Source: Octopus vulgaris
Taxonomy: Eukaryota
DNA length: 64,000 bases
Assembly (NCBI GenBank): GCA_951406725.2
Contig: OX597820.1
Coordinates: 16,430,001 to 16,494,000, forward strand
Direction of reading: 5' to 3'
Shown in pieces: positions 13,529 through 26,872 of this stretch; within the stretch, counting starts at the first letter, position 1, and each line of letters starts with the position of its first letter. The position numbers were made by a program, and so were the translations under genes. Below the pieces are notes generated by a model. The model saw nothing but the letters and a program-made list of their open reading frames with translations, was not told the origin of the DNA and did no database searches.

Positions 13529-13762
13529 CAGGGTGTCCAAAAAGTCCCTCCGCAGTAAGTATTTAATAGTTTTCGGGCGATTCTTGTACACTGATCCTTT
13601 ACTTGCTCCCCAGAAAAAAATGTCTGGCGGTGTTAAATCAGGTGATCTTAGTGGCCTAAGTTCCTTCGAAATAACCCGTTCACCGAAAAACTCTTGAAGT
13701 AACGCCATGGTGATGCGCAGGATGAAAGAAATTCACTACGGAGAGACTTTTTGAACACCCTG
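13529..13762 (-). mobile_element. Internally deleted Tc1/mariner element
   Basis: 28-bp TIRs CAGGGTGTCCAAAAAGTC.../...GACTTTTTGAACACCCTG; TA flank; transposase motif RSPDLTPPDIFFWG. Confidence 0.8.
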
Positions 13763-13849
13763 TACATATATTCATACATACATACGCACATACATTCATA
13801 CATACGCACATACATTCATACATACAAACGCACATACATGCATACGAAC

Positions 13850-14270
13850 TCGCGCCTAACAAGATAAGAAGGAAGGCAAGAATTGATGAGTTGTGAGGAA
13901 TGTATTCAGACAGAAGAAAGCAATGTTGCTTTGTATATAATGGATGCAAAAGAAGCATTGCTTGTGCAAATAAATAAGACAGGTTTGTTATATACGGAAA
14001 GCAGTTGGGAGAAGATGAATTGCGAAATGAAGAGAGAAAGAAAGTGGGGAAACAATTGAAAGGATAAGAAGATACGCCGTCAGTTCTTGAGAGAGAGAGA
14101 TATCAAGAAACACAGATTCGGATAAAAGATGGATGCGGTTACACGTACAAACATGTGACCTGAAACCTGAAGCAGAGTCTTTGAAAAAGACAGCAGATGG
14201 ATAAGCGTTGAGAACAAACTATAGGAAGCATAGGGGGAGAATTCACGAAAGAAACAAAAGACGAAGACAG
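13850..14270 (+). mobile_element. Highly decayed non-LTR retrotransposon fragment (post-RT region)
   Basis: Broken frames read LMSCEECIQTEESNVALYI...DLKPEAESL...RTNYRKH, typical of the region after RT in RLE/RTE-like LINEs. Confidence 0.5.
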
Positions 14271-14500
14271 GTTGTATAGAAAGCAAACAGATGTTTTAGT
14301 ATAACGCTCGGGAATTGAAAAAGTCTTTAACGTTTCGAGCCTACGCTCTTCCACAGAAAGGAACAGAGAAAGAAAAAAGGAGAGAAAAAATGTGAGTAGT
14401 GGCTACCGATCTATCATCATCATCATCATCCTCATTATCATTTTCGTCGTCGTCGTCGTCGTCATCATCGTCATTGCTATCATTATTATCATCAGGTTAA

Positions 14501-14718
14501 GGCAGTGAGCTGGCAGAATCGTTAGCACGCTGGGCGAAACGCTTAATTGTATTTCATCTGTCTTCACGTTCTGAGTTCAAATACCGCCGGGGTCCACTTT
14601 GCCTTTCATCCTTTCGGGATCGATAAATTAAGTACCAGTTACGCACTGGGGTCGATGTAATCGACTCATTTCCCTTCTTCCAAATTTCAGGCCTTGTGTC
14701 TATAGTAGAAAGGATTAT
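14501..14718 (+). mobile_element. SINE family B, full length
   Basis: Head GGCAGTGAGCTGGCAGAATCGTTAGCAC, B-box GTTCAAA, central GCCTTTCATCCTTTCGGG domain. Confidence 0.8.
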
Positions 14719-14744
14719 TATCATTAATAAACAAATAAATAAAT

Positions 14745-14990
14745 GTGCCCTTTTAAAGCCTAGCCAGGCTCATGAGCTCGGTTTCCCGGTTTCAATGGCG
14801 TATGTGTTCCCCAGCTGGACGGGAAGCCAGTCCATCGCAGTGTTACTCATTTTTGCCAGCTGAGTGGACTGGAGCAACGTGAAATGAAGTGTTTTGCTCA
14901 AGAACATTACTCGTCGCCCGGTCCAGGAATCGAAACCACAATCTCACGATCATAATGCTGACACCCTAACCACTAGGCCACGCGCCTCCA
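14745..14990 (-). mobile_element. tRNA-derived SINE
   Basis: Minus-strand head TGGAGGCGCGTGGCCTAGTGGTTAGGGT...GGTTTCGATTCC. Confidence 0.7.
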
Positions 14991-15386
14991 CGATTATTAT
15001 CATTAGGTTATCATTTATCGTGAACATCACCATCATTACCACCACCGCCACCGCCAACGCCAACATTATCGTCACAATCACCGCCACAATCACCATTTAT
15101 AGCAACAATTACCACCACTACCAACAACAACAACAACAAAAACAACAACAGCAGCAACAAGAGCCACGTTAATTCAGAGAACTCTTTCATAATTATTTCG
15201 ATCTAATTACACGGCTGACAGTTGCATTAGAAGCTTTTGATGCGAGCCAGCATTTCCTTCGTGATCTCATGCTTTCCACTCAAAATTGTTGGCACGACAA
15301 AACCTTTGATCTCCCTCTTGCGACCAATTATGTAACAAATACCTCTGACTGCAGTTCTACACGAACAATGACACGATTTCTTTCTC

Positions 15387-15423
<37 letters not shown>

Positions 15424-15667
15424 TTTCTTTCTTTCTTTCTTTCTTTATTCCTTCCTTACTGTCTTTCTTTTTCGTCTTTTTCTTTTCATTCCTTTCTTTT
15501 CTTGAAAAATAAAAATTATCACGAATAAAATGAATGATAAGTAAAAAAAGATATATAAAACTAAAACTGAAAATAAAAATATAAAAAAACGGCTTCGGGC
15601 TCGACATTTTTCACCTAATATAATTTCTGTGAGGAGATAGGTGGAGAGTTTATTTAAAATTATGCTT

Positions 15668-15743
<76 letters not shown>

Positions 15744-16159
15744 CAGCAACAGCAACGGTTGTTGGGGAGGTTCTCCATGATGAAAGAAAGAAGAATGACA
15801 TGGATAGAAACTATTAATTTGTCTTTTCATTAATAAAGACAAATTTGGAGAAAAAAATTTCTCGTTTTCCTTTTCTCTCTCATTTCTTTTCGCTTTTTCT
15901 TTGAGGGGTGGAGTAGTGGAAGCAATTTTACAGTCAGCGCTCTGAGATAATGTTAGATCTGCAAGCTTTTAGTGAGAACATACTATTGAAATAACTATAG
16001 GCAAGACAACTCTCTCTCGCTCTCTCTTGAATATTACAAGCTCATGAGTAATTGACTACTCCATCGCTTGATGGTTCGACTAAATCCCCCAAACTATCAG
16101 TATATAGAATTTACCATATGAATCATTGTATGATTCAGCAAAATTAAGTACCAGTTACG

Positions 16160-16236
16160 CACTGCGTGGCACTTTCTACTATAGCCTCGAGCCGACCAAA
16201 GCCTTGTGAGTGGATTTGGTAGACGGAAAGCCCGTC

Positions 16237-16303
<67 letters not shown>

Positions 16304-16487
16304 TCCCCCCAACATCGCTTGACAACCGATGCTGGTGTGTTTGCGACCCCGTAACTTAGAGGTTCGGCAAAAGAGACCAATAGAATAAGTACTAGGCTTA
16401 CAAAAGAATAAGTCCTGCGGTCGATTTGCTCGACTAAAGGCGGTGCTCCAGCATGGCCACGGTCAAATGACTGATACAAGTAAAAAG
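16160..16487 (+). mobile_element. SINE family A, 5'-truncated
   Basis: Matches 22259-22706, with internal (GT)n. Confidence 0.8.
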
Positions 16488-16495
16488 AAAGAGAT

Positions 16496-17384
16496 AGCCA
16501 GTGCACAATCACCTGGTCCTTGGATACTTGGGTACCCTTAACGAAGTACGCTCTCTTGGAAGCATTCGAGCCAATTCTACCGTTTCTTTTATTTCTCTCA
16601 TCCTCAGACGTAGAGAACCTATAAAAAAATAACTCATAACCGGTGCTCAATCACCTGGTCCTTGGATACTTGGGTACCCTTAACGAAGTACGCTCTCTTT
16701 GAATCATTCGAACCAATTCTACCGTTTCTTTTATTTCTCTCATCCTCAGAGGAGGAAAACCTATGAAAAATAACTCATAATCGGTGCACAATCACCTGGT
16801 CCTTGGATACTTGGGTACCCTTAACGAAGTACGCTCTCTTGGAAGCATTCGAACCAATTCTACCGTTTTCTTTTATTTCTCTCATCCTCAGACGAGGAGA
16901 ACCTATGAAAAATAACTCATAGCCAGTGCACAATCACCTGGTCCTTGGATACTTGGGTACCCTTAACGAAGTACGCTCTCTTGGAAGCATTCGAACCAAT
17001 TCTACCGTTTTCTTTTATTTCTCTCATCCTCAGACATGGAGAACCTATAAAAAAATAACTCATAACCTATTTCTTTACTACCCACAAGGGGCTAAACATA
17101 GAGGGGACAAACAAGAACAGACATAGGTATTAAGTCGAATACATCGACCCCAGTGCTTAACTGGTACTTATTTAATTGACCCCGAAAGGATGAAAGGCAA
17201 AGTCGACCTCAGCGGAATTTGAACTCACAACGTAACGGCAGACGAAATACCACTAAGCATTTCGCCCGGCGTGCTAACGTTTTTGCCAGCTCGCCGCCTT
17301 TACTCATAACCGGTGCACAATCACCTGGTCCTTGGATACTTGGGTAACCATAACGAAGTACGCTCTCTTGGAGGCATTCGTACC
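16496..17384. repeat. Tandem repeat, ~142-bp unit x ~4.5, interrupted by a SINE
   Basis: Unit anchor GTGCACAATCACCTGG at 16501, 16643, 16784, 16926, 17313. Confidence 0.95.
17068..17301 (-). mobile_element. SINE family B with 10-bp TSD
   Basis: ACTCATAACC at 17058-17067 and 17302-17311. Confidence 0.9.
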
Positions 17385-17975
17385 ATAGTTGTGTCTATAT
17401 CACTCCTCTATATAGTTTCCTCTATATCTCTCCTCATCAAACTTAGAAAATCTACAGGAAAAATAGTTCATAGCTCTAGTGCATCTCTTCTCATTGATTA
17501 AATCGTTGAAGGCAAAGTAAACAGGTCTTGTGTTTAAACACCAGTTATCGTATCTGCATGACTTTTCTTTTCCTTTTATGTGTGTATTTTACTGAGGCAC
17601 TCTTTACTCTACGACCTTGTGTACACATCACCGTTTTAACCTTGGTTTTAACTTCTGCCTGGCTCAAAATACCACACAGGGCTTATATATATATATGTCA
17701 GAAAATATATTAAAACTTGCTTGCGATATAATTTGTACCTTATGCAAGAGAGAACATGAATAAAAGTAGAAACAAAAAAAGAAATACACTCCACTGACGT
17801 GTGGTTGCTGCTCCTCGTGAAAGTGTTAGCTTAGCACCAGCTTCACTGCTTGAAGGGAGAAAGGAAGGAAGGAAGGAAGGAAGGAAGGAAGTAAATCATA
17901 GAAATGTAAATATGTATTTGTGTGAGGTAGATGCAAATGTAAATGTATGCATATATATGCATACGTTTTATCTCT

Positions 17976-18070
<95 letters not shown>

Positions 18071-18095
18071 GTATGTATATATATATATGTATATG

Positions 18096-18136
<41 letters not shown>

Positions 18137-18777
18137 ATGTATATATATATGTATATATATATATATGTGTATGTATATATATGTGTGTATATATATAAAT
18201 ACATATATATATGTATAGATATATAAATATATATAATACATATATATACATATTTAATTTATACATATATATATATATATACATATTTATACATATACAT
18301 ATATACATATTTATATTATATATATATGCATACATACATATTAATATAATGTATATACATATATATACATATTAATTTATATACATATACATGCATATTT
18401 ATATAATATATATATTTATATATACACAGACACATATATACATTCATATATGATATATATATATTATGATGTATGTATATATGTATATATATGTGTGTGT
18501 GTGTGTATTACATACATATATACATAAACATATATGCATGTATATGCTTGTGTGATATGTGTGTATGTGTGTGTATGTATATACATTTAGCAATACCTAT
18601 ATGTTCACCAATATATTTAAACACGTTCACGTGTATATATATTTACAAACACCACACTCACACGTGTGTACATACACATACGTATGTATATATATATACT
18701 TTGATACTTTGATACCTTTGATAGGTTTCGGCCATTATTGGCCCAGGCCATGTCTAACTTAATAGCACCACCTTAGC

Positions 18778-18836
<59 letters not shown>

Positions 18837-19567
18837 GTATGTGGGTATGTATGCATTATGTATGCATGAATGTTTGTATAGATACGTATGTACGAAATCA
18901 TTCATACATACACTCACATTCACATACATACATACGTACATACATACATACATACATACATACATACATACATACATACATACATACACACACACATACA
19001 CACACACATACACACACACATACACGCATCAAAAACTGTACATATTTCTGCATGTTGAGGCAAAACCCGTTAGGCGGTAGTGGTGGAAGTTTTCAGAGCA
19101 AAGATTGCAGTAATAATTAATGCATCATTTCTATTAGAGGTTAGGCCTGACTAACCGCAGACAGCCGTTTCTCATTTAGCAGACGTTATTTCTCTGAACG
19201 AGTTTGTTAAAAGTGAACATCTTTCAGCAGTTTTCAAAGTCCTTGTTGGTTATATAACGAAGAAGAGAGGAGGAAACTTATGGTGAGGGACACGGAATCT
19301 TTTCTTTTCATTTTATTCCATTTTTTTTTTTCTTTAACGCAAGCACACTTTCTGAACTGCTTCAGGTACTTATGTATTGGGGGTAGATGTATGTATGTAT
19401 GTATGTATGTATGTATGTATGTATGTATGTATGTATGTATGTATGTATGTATGTATGTATGTATGTATGTATGTATGTACGTACGTATGCATGAACGTAC
19501 GTGTGTGTGTACACTTGTATGTAAGTATAAATATATTTTTATGTATGCATATATCTATGTATGTATG

Positions 19568-19616
<49 letters not shown>

Positions 19617-19704
19617 ATACATATATATATATAAATACATATATATATATACACATATATATATACATATATATATACATATATCTATATATATACATAC
19701 ATAC

Positions 19705-19764
<60 letters not shown>

Positions 19765-20259
19765 AGAGAGAGAGAGAGAGAGGCGAGGGAGAATAAGGGA
19801 GTGGCAGACAAAACAGATATCTTTTTGAGGTCGATAAAAAAAGTACCTGTTGAGAACTGGAGACGATGTGATCGACTTATTTCCTCCGCAGATCTTACTG
19901 GCTTTCTGCAAAAATTTGAAACTATTACCTTTATTATTATTATTTCTAAATCGACACCAGTTTCAAAGTAACTCAAAGACCGAGAGGTTCGTGTATGACA
20001 CTTTACATTTTTATTTAAATAGTTAATAACTTTGATTTTTTTTTTATTTAAATACATATGTGTGAGTGAGTGAGTGAGTGAGTATGTATGTATGTATGCA
20101 TTTATGTGTGTATAATCTTATACACAAGCACATCTTTTTCTTTCTTAGATTTAGCGTTAGTCTCTTTACAACATACGCATATGATTCTATACATATACAC
20201 GCACACAGACATATGCATACATGCATACATATATACATATGCATATATATTCATATATA

Positions 20260-20303
<44 letters not shown>

Positions 20304-20382
20304 TTTATTTAAAGCAGCAGAAAATTCAACAAAACCTGTTACTCTGAGTTTCACGTTGCCGTTCATCGGACAGTTTTTTCTA

Positions 20383-20434
20383 GCAAAAACTGTCCGATGA
20401 ACGGCAACGTGAAACTCAGAGTAACAGGTTTTGT
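20383..20434 (+). ncRNA. Minimal type I hammerhead (CCGATGA variant) within perfect hairpin 20303-20460
   Basis: GCAAAAACTGT-CCGATGA-ACGGCAACGT-GAAA-CTCAGA-GTA^ACAGGTTTTGT; mirror copy on the minus strand in the left arm. Confidence 0.75.
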
Positions 20435-20530
20435 TGAATTTTCTGCTGCTTTAAATAAAGCATATTACTCTACCACTGGTATTTGAGTACTCTTTTTTTC
20501 CACCTTGTTTCACATTTATGTGTTTACTCC

Positions 20531-20600
<70 letters not shown>

Positions 20601-20737
20601 TATATTATATTCTTGTAATTGTCAGTTTTTTAAAATAAATAAGTTGACATAATATAATGTCTAAAAGTTGATGAACCACAAATCGATCCCCTCCATTTTC
20701 TTATTGCTATATATGTATGTGTGTGTGTTTGTGTGTG

Positions 20738-20889
<152 letters not shown>

Positions 20890-20910
20890 TATATATATCG
20901 TATATATATA

Positions 20911-21297
20911 TTGATCAAAATAAAAACATGATGCCAAGGATTCAGCGGTACATATGTTTCGGGCCTTTATTAGACAGATTTATAACAATGCATAATGTAT
21001 GTCTGTGGCCTTCTTCAGCCGCGCACAACAGCTTCCACAAGGACATGTGTTACATCAAAAATTCTTGGTTGGGGATGCAAATCCTCTCATTCGCGTATGA
21101 CATAATGCGGCAGCAGCATAGAATTGAAGCGTCCATCTCTTTCTTCTCTCAATATAGAATCATGTCCTTGTGGAAGCTGTTGTGCGCGGCTGAAGAAGGC
21201 CACAGACATACATTATGCATTGTTATAAATCTGTCTAATAAAGGCCCGAAACATATGTACCGCTGAATCCTTGGCATCATGTTTTTATTTTGATCAA
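20911..21297. mobile_element. Penelope-like fold-back element (137-bp arms, 113-bp spacer)
   Basis: 20911-21047 is the reverse complement of 21161-21297; (TA)n flanks; hammerhead in each arm; spacer QILSF...RIEASI weakly resembles a GIY-YIG C-terminus. Confidence 0.7.
21186..21263 (+). ncRNA. Type I hammerhead, extended stem II
   Basis: GCGG-CTGAAGA-AGGCC...GGCCC-GAAA-CATAT-GTA^CCGC; palindromic stem III ACATATGT. Confidence 0.75.
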
Positions 21298-22258
21298 TTT
21301 ACTCCACCACCTACACCACCAAACGGTATACACAGGTGCTTATAATTATCAAGTACTCACCCCGAATTTCTGTACTCAACTATATATATATATATACTTA
21401 TACTTATACTTAAGTATATACATACGTTCAAACATACATAAAACACACACATATATATATATACATACATGCATGCGTGCAACACACACACATACACACA
21501 CACATGCGCCTTTTCCTTTTCAAATAACCCCAATTGTTTTAATTTAAATATGCATAGTGACATTTCCTTTACAAAATATGTTTATATTATTCACTTATGT
21601 ATATATAATTATATGCGCGCGCATGTGTGTGCCTGTGCCTGCGCGTATAGACAAATACAATATATTCAAATACAGGTATGATAAATACCTTGCAATATAA
21701 ATTCTTGATTTATTGAAAGGATGTATCATAATTACCAAATGGCAATTAAGACCAGCTCCGCTTGAGAAAGGGAGATAATCTCATAAATCAAGAACTCTCC
21801 AAAACTGATGTGCCAATAAGGAAAAGAGCAGGCTTATTGTCTGGGGACAAGTAGAAAAGTCGTGAACACATGTTTCTGCATCAGTAAGCGTCATTAGCAC
21901 GGCAATTGTTCAACTGCAGTCAAGGGACATAAGCGTACAAAAAGAGAAGTATGGCCTGGGCAATTTGCATAATTTAAGCAAAAAAATGAGTCAAGGGAAA
22001 TAACTCAGAGTAGCCTGTAACATATATTTGAACAACATGACAAATGTAGGTGTATCAAATACCATGCAATATAAATTCTTGATTTCTTAAAAATAATCCC
22101 CCCCCTCTCTCTCTCTCTTTCTCTCCCCCCCCACACACACATACATACACAAAGAGTTTGTGCAATGTGAAATAAATTAAACTAAGCACATAGCTCGTAA
22201 ATGCTAGTTTTATAAAAACATTACTTCGAATGTTTAAAAGTTATTGTATATATATATA

Positions 22259-22427
22259 GGCGTAGGAGTGGCTGTGTGGTAAGTAGCTTGCTTACGAACC
22301 ACATGGTTCCGGGTTCAGGCCCACTGCGTGGCACCTTGGGCATGTGTCTTCCACTACAGCCTCGGGTCGACCAAAGCCTTGTGAGTGGATTTGGTAGACG
22401 GAAACTGAGAGAAGCCCGTCGTATATA

Positions 22428-22491
<64 letters not shown>

Positions 22492-22706
22492 CGTGCGCGG
22501 TTATGTGTGTCCTTGTGTTTGTTCAATGCTTGACAACCAGTGATGTGTTTGTTTGGGTACCCGTAACATTAGCGGTCCGGCAAAAGAGTACCGATAGAAT
22601 AACGACCATACTAAAAGTACGTACAAAAGCGATTTGTTTGACTAAACCCCTCAAGACGGTGCTCCAGCATGGCCGCAGTCCAATGACTGCAACTAATAAA
22701 AGATAA
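22259..22706 (+). mobile_element. SINE family A, full length
   Basis: tRNA-like head GGCGTAGGAGTGGCTGTGTGGTAAG...GGGTTCAG, internal (GT)n, A-rich end. Confidence 0.85.
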
Positions 22707-23229
22707 AAGTTGAAAGATGCATATTTTAAAAGATACTGCCATAAAGCTGTATTAGCGAGTTAAATCGAATTCTTGTAAGGATACATTCGTGAGATGCTAC
22801 AGATAAAATATAGTTCAATGTTCTTAGCCATACGATGGTGGTGGTGGTGGTGGTGGCGGCGGCGGCGATAATGGTGGTGATGGTGATGGTAATGGTGGTG
22901 GTGGTGGTGGTGGTGGATCTCCGTCGTTTGATGATGCGGATTCAGCTGTTCAATCAACGGAATTACCTGCTCCTGAATTAACATGTAAATATCTGAGCAT
23001 TCATTCCAGAAACGTGTGCCCTTATCGTAAGTCTCAGAAAGAACCATCGTAACAGGTCCTCCGTCGGTTACGACGATGAGTGTTCCAGTTGATCCGATCA
23101 ACAGAACAGCCTACTCGTGAAATTAAAGTGCGTGTGGCTGAGAACTCCACAGACACGTGTACTACTAAGTCAAGTGCTTTCACATACCATCGTAACACGA
23201 GATTTTATAAATATTTCAATTTTTTTCCC

Positions 23230-23605
23230 ACAAGGGCAGCTTGGGAGAGGTGGGGATGAATCGATTACATCGACCCCAGTGTTCAACTGGTACTTATTTT
23301 AATCGATTCCGAAAGGATGAAAGACAACGTCGACCTCGGCGAAATTAGAACTCAGAACGTAGCGACGGGCGAAATACCTATTTCTTTACTACCCACAAGG
23401 GGCTAAACACAAAGAGGACACACAAGGACAGACACACGGATTAAATCGATTACATCGACCCCAGTGCATATCTGGTACTTAATTTATCGACCCTGAAAGG
23501 ATGAAAGGCAAAGTCAACCTCGGCGGAATTAGAACTCAGAACGTAGCGCCGGGCGAAATACCGCTAAGCATTTCGTCCAGCGTGCTAACGATTCTGTCAG
23601 CTTAA
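23230..23605 (-). mobile_element. Two tandem SINE family B copies
   Basis: Repeated GAAAGGATGAAAG.CAA.GTC.ACCTCGGCG core. Confidence 0.75.
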
Positions 23606-24395
23606 CACGATGTGTTACAATGCAGTTCTTCTTTAATTAGATATGGCATCCACCCTACGGCGCTTCTACACGGTTTACGTAACCCAATCTCACAAGTTAT
23701 GGATCGACTCTCGGCTGTGGAAATTTATACTTGCCATTTATACTTCCGATTTCCCTATAAATTCGAATACTCTTGTTTAAAATATTACTTATTCATCATG
23801 CTGTTTGCTAAATAGGTCATCGTCAAGGTGTTACCTTACCTGTTTATACATGTTTTTTACCAGAAGATGGTACATTTATGCTATAACGTAATTTATGACT
23901 ACCGAAACAGCTGTAGAAAATTTTAAAGCCCATTTCTCTTCTTTTATACCAAGCCGCACCTGGCACTAACCCTGAGTCGGATCTACGGCTTAAATTGGAT
24001 TTTATACTTACATATTCACATTTCTACGGTACACTACCAGCAGGATACCTCATAGTTGTTTTACTTCACTGTGAACCCTATGTTAAGTTGCCTACCTAGT
24101 TCTAGCGTCCTACCTCTTAATGCGCCGAGATTTTAATGAGTCCTATAATTAATTAATGAAAGCAAGTTAGCAATATGTGGTTTCGTATTCAGTCCCACTG
24201 CACGATATCTTGAATAAGTACCTTCTTCTATGGCCTCGGGCCGACCAATATCCTGTGATAGACGGAAACTGTGTGGAATCCTGACATATACATACACAAA
24301 CACACATAAGTATATATATATATATATATTAGAAGGTTTGGAGTTGATGTACAGGTATTATATATTAAAAGAAATAAGGTGCCTTATTTCTTCTA

Positions 24396-24476
<81 letters not shown>

Positions 24477-25338
24477 CACGCACACGTATATGTGTGTGTC
24501 TTTGTGACTGTGTTTGTCCAGTCTAGGACATTTACCCCCACTGAACAACAGCTCCCTGAGAACAACAGAAGAATATCTAAAACTTCTTAATGTATTGGAG
24601 AGGGGGTAATTAACCAGGTGGGGGTAATTGTCTTGATACAGTGTTTGTCATCCCATCACCGCTTGACAACCGGGGCTGGTTTGTGCACACCCTCGTAGCT
24701 TTGCGGTTCGGCAAGATAGACCGATAGAATAACTACCAGACTTTAAACAAGAATAAATACTGGGTGAAGGCTCGGTTTGTTGGACTAAAATCTTTTCAAG
24801 ATGGTGCTCCAGCATGGCTGCAGTCCAATGACTGAAACAAGTGAAAGGTAAAAGATAAACTATAAAGAAAAGTAAATTTGAGCGAAGAGAATTAACTAAA
24901 ATAAGCAAATGGCGTATACTGAGCTAAATCACGTTTGTATGGATGTACTAAATGACGCCCACAAACCATTTAATTCTTAATGAACTGGATTTTTCCGCTT
25001 AAATCGAAGAAACTTATCCTTTATTTCAATGAGCCCTCACTAACAAAGATCAGCTTTCCCTCCACTTACTTTAATTAAATCTTAATTCATTTGTATCACT
25101 TTTCCTTTTCTTTTGTAGTTGCTAACGAATACCGCAAGGTTTTTGTGAATTTTTCTCCAAATAAGAATAAAATTTCAATTCGTTAAGATACTTTTTCTTT
25201 TCTTTTATTTTGCAGACGTCATTCAGTGCTTCCATACATAATTGGTTTATAAAAAATGTTCGTCATTGATTTAAGTTATGCAAATTGGTGCTTGCTACAC
25301 ACACACACACACACACACACATATGTATACATACAGAC

Positions 25339-25457
<119 letters not shown>

Positions 25458-25772
25458 GGCGTTGGCGTGGGTGCGTGGTAATAAGCTTGCTTCCCAACCA
25501 CATGGCTTCGGGTTCAGTCCCACTGCGTGGCACCTTGGGTAAGTGTCTTCTACCAAAGCCTTGTGAATGGATTGGTAGACGGAAACTGATAGAAACCCAT
25601 CATGTGCGTGTGTGTTTGTCCCCCACCATCCCTTGAGAACCGGTGTTGGTGCGTTTACGTCCCCATAACTTAGCGGTTCGGCAAAAGAGAATGATAGAAT
25701 AAGTACTAGGCTTACAAAGAATAAGTCCTGTGGTCAATTTGTTCGACTAGCGGATGACTGAAACAAATAAAA
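25458..25772 (+). mobile_element. SINE family A
   Basis: Matches the family head and body. Confidence 0.8.
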
Positions 25773-25784
25773 GAATGACATGCT

Positions 25785-26140
25785 CGTTCAGGTCATGTGG
25801 TACCCTCTTGTCCAGCTTTTTTACCTTGCCGATTTGTTTCAGATGGTCTAATACAGTTGGAATCGAAACATCAAACCTTGCTGCTAACTCACACGTAGTT
25901 TGAGACGTATCTGTTTCCACTACAGCTTCCAGCTCATCATTGTCCACCTTGGTTTCAGCTTTACCACGGGGCTGATTCTTAAGAGTAAAGTCACCGGACC
26001 GGAACTTCTCAAACCATTGACGTACAATGCGCTCATTCGCCACATCTTTACCAAACACCTCACTGGTGTTTCCAGCTGTCTAGGATGCATTGGTTCCACG
26101 ACGGAACTCATATTCATAAACAACACGAATTTTTTTATCT
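25785..26140 (-). mobile_element. Mariner transposase N-terminal (HTH) remnant
   Basis: NERIVRQWFEKFRSGDFTLKNQPRG...ELAARFDVSIPTVLDHLKQIGKVKKLDKRVPHDL. Confidence 0.85.
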
Positions 26141-26186
26141 ATCCATGGGTTCACAAAAATTCGTATACAAGAGAAAACACAATATA

Positions 26187-26872
26187 TATTTCTTTACTGC
26201 CCACAAGGGGCTAAACACAGAGAGGACAAACAAGGACAGACAAACGGATTAAGTCGATTACATTGACCCCAGTGCGAAACTGGTACTTTATTTATCGACC
26301 CCGAAACGATGAAAGGCAAAGTCGACCTCGGCGGAATTTGAACACAGAACGTAAAGACAGACGAAATACCGCTAGGCATTTCGCCCGGCGCGCTAACGTT
26401 TCTGCCAGTTGAGCGAAAACACCTAAAAGCTCCACGAGGCTCCGGCAGGGGATGGTGGTGATCCCTGCTGTACTCTTTCACCACAACTTTCTCTCACTCT
26501 TACTTCCTGTTTCTGTTGTATCTGTATTTCAAAGGGCCGGCTTTGTCACTCTCTGTGTCACGCTGAATATCCCCGAGAACTACGTTAAGGGTACACGTGT
26601 CTGTGGAGTGCTCAGCCACTTACACGTTAATTTCACGAGCAGGCTGTTCTGTTGATTCGGATCAACCGGAACCCTCGTCGTCGTAACCGACGGATGCTTC
26701 CACATAAATATTTCTTTATTGCCCACAAGGGGCTAAACATAGAGGGGACAAACAAGGACAGACTAACGGATTAAGTCGATTATATCGACCCCAGTGCGTA
26801 ACTGGTACTTATTTAATCGACCCCGAAAGGATGATAGGCAAAGTCGAGCTTAACTCAGAACGTAACGGCAGA
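26187..26872. mobile_element. Adjacent SINE B / SINE C / SINE B fragments
   Basis: Family B on - (26187-26410, 26710-26872) around a family C body on + (26410-26700). Confidence 0.7.

Noticed and set aside
15178-15380. Open frame ELFHNYFDLITRL... as a plus-strand exon
   Set aside because: Weak acceptor, no clear donor and no recognisable homology
16496-17384. Tandem array as a CRISPR array or retrozyme
   Set aside because: Whole units repeat with no unique spacers and there are no cas genes; the minus-strand CTGAGGA...GAAA lacks stems I and II
19183-19282. AG/GT-bounded segment DVISLNEFVKSEHL... as an exon
   Set aside because: Two frames are equally plausible, with no partner exons or homology
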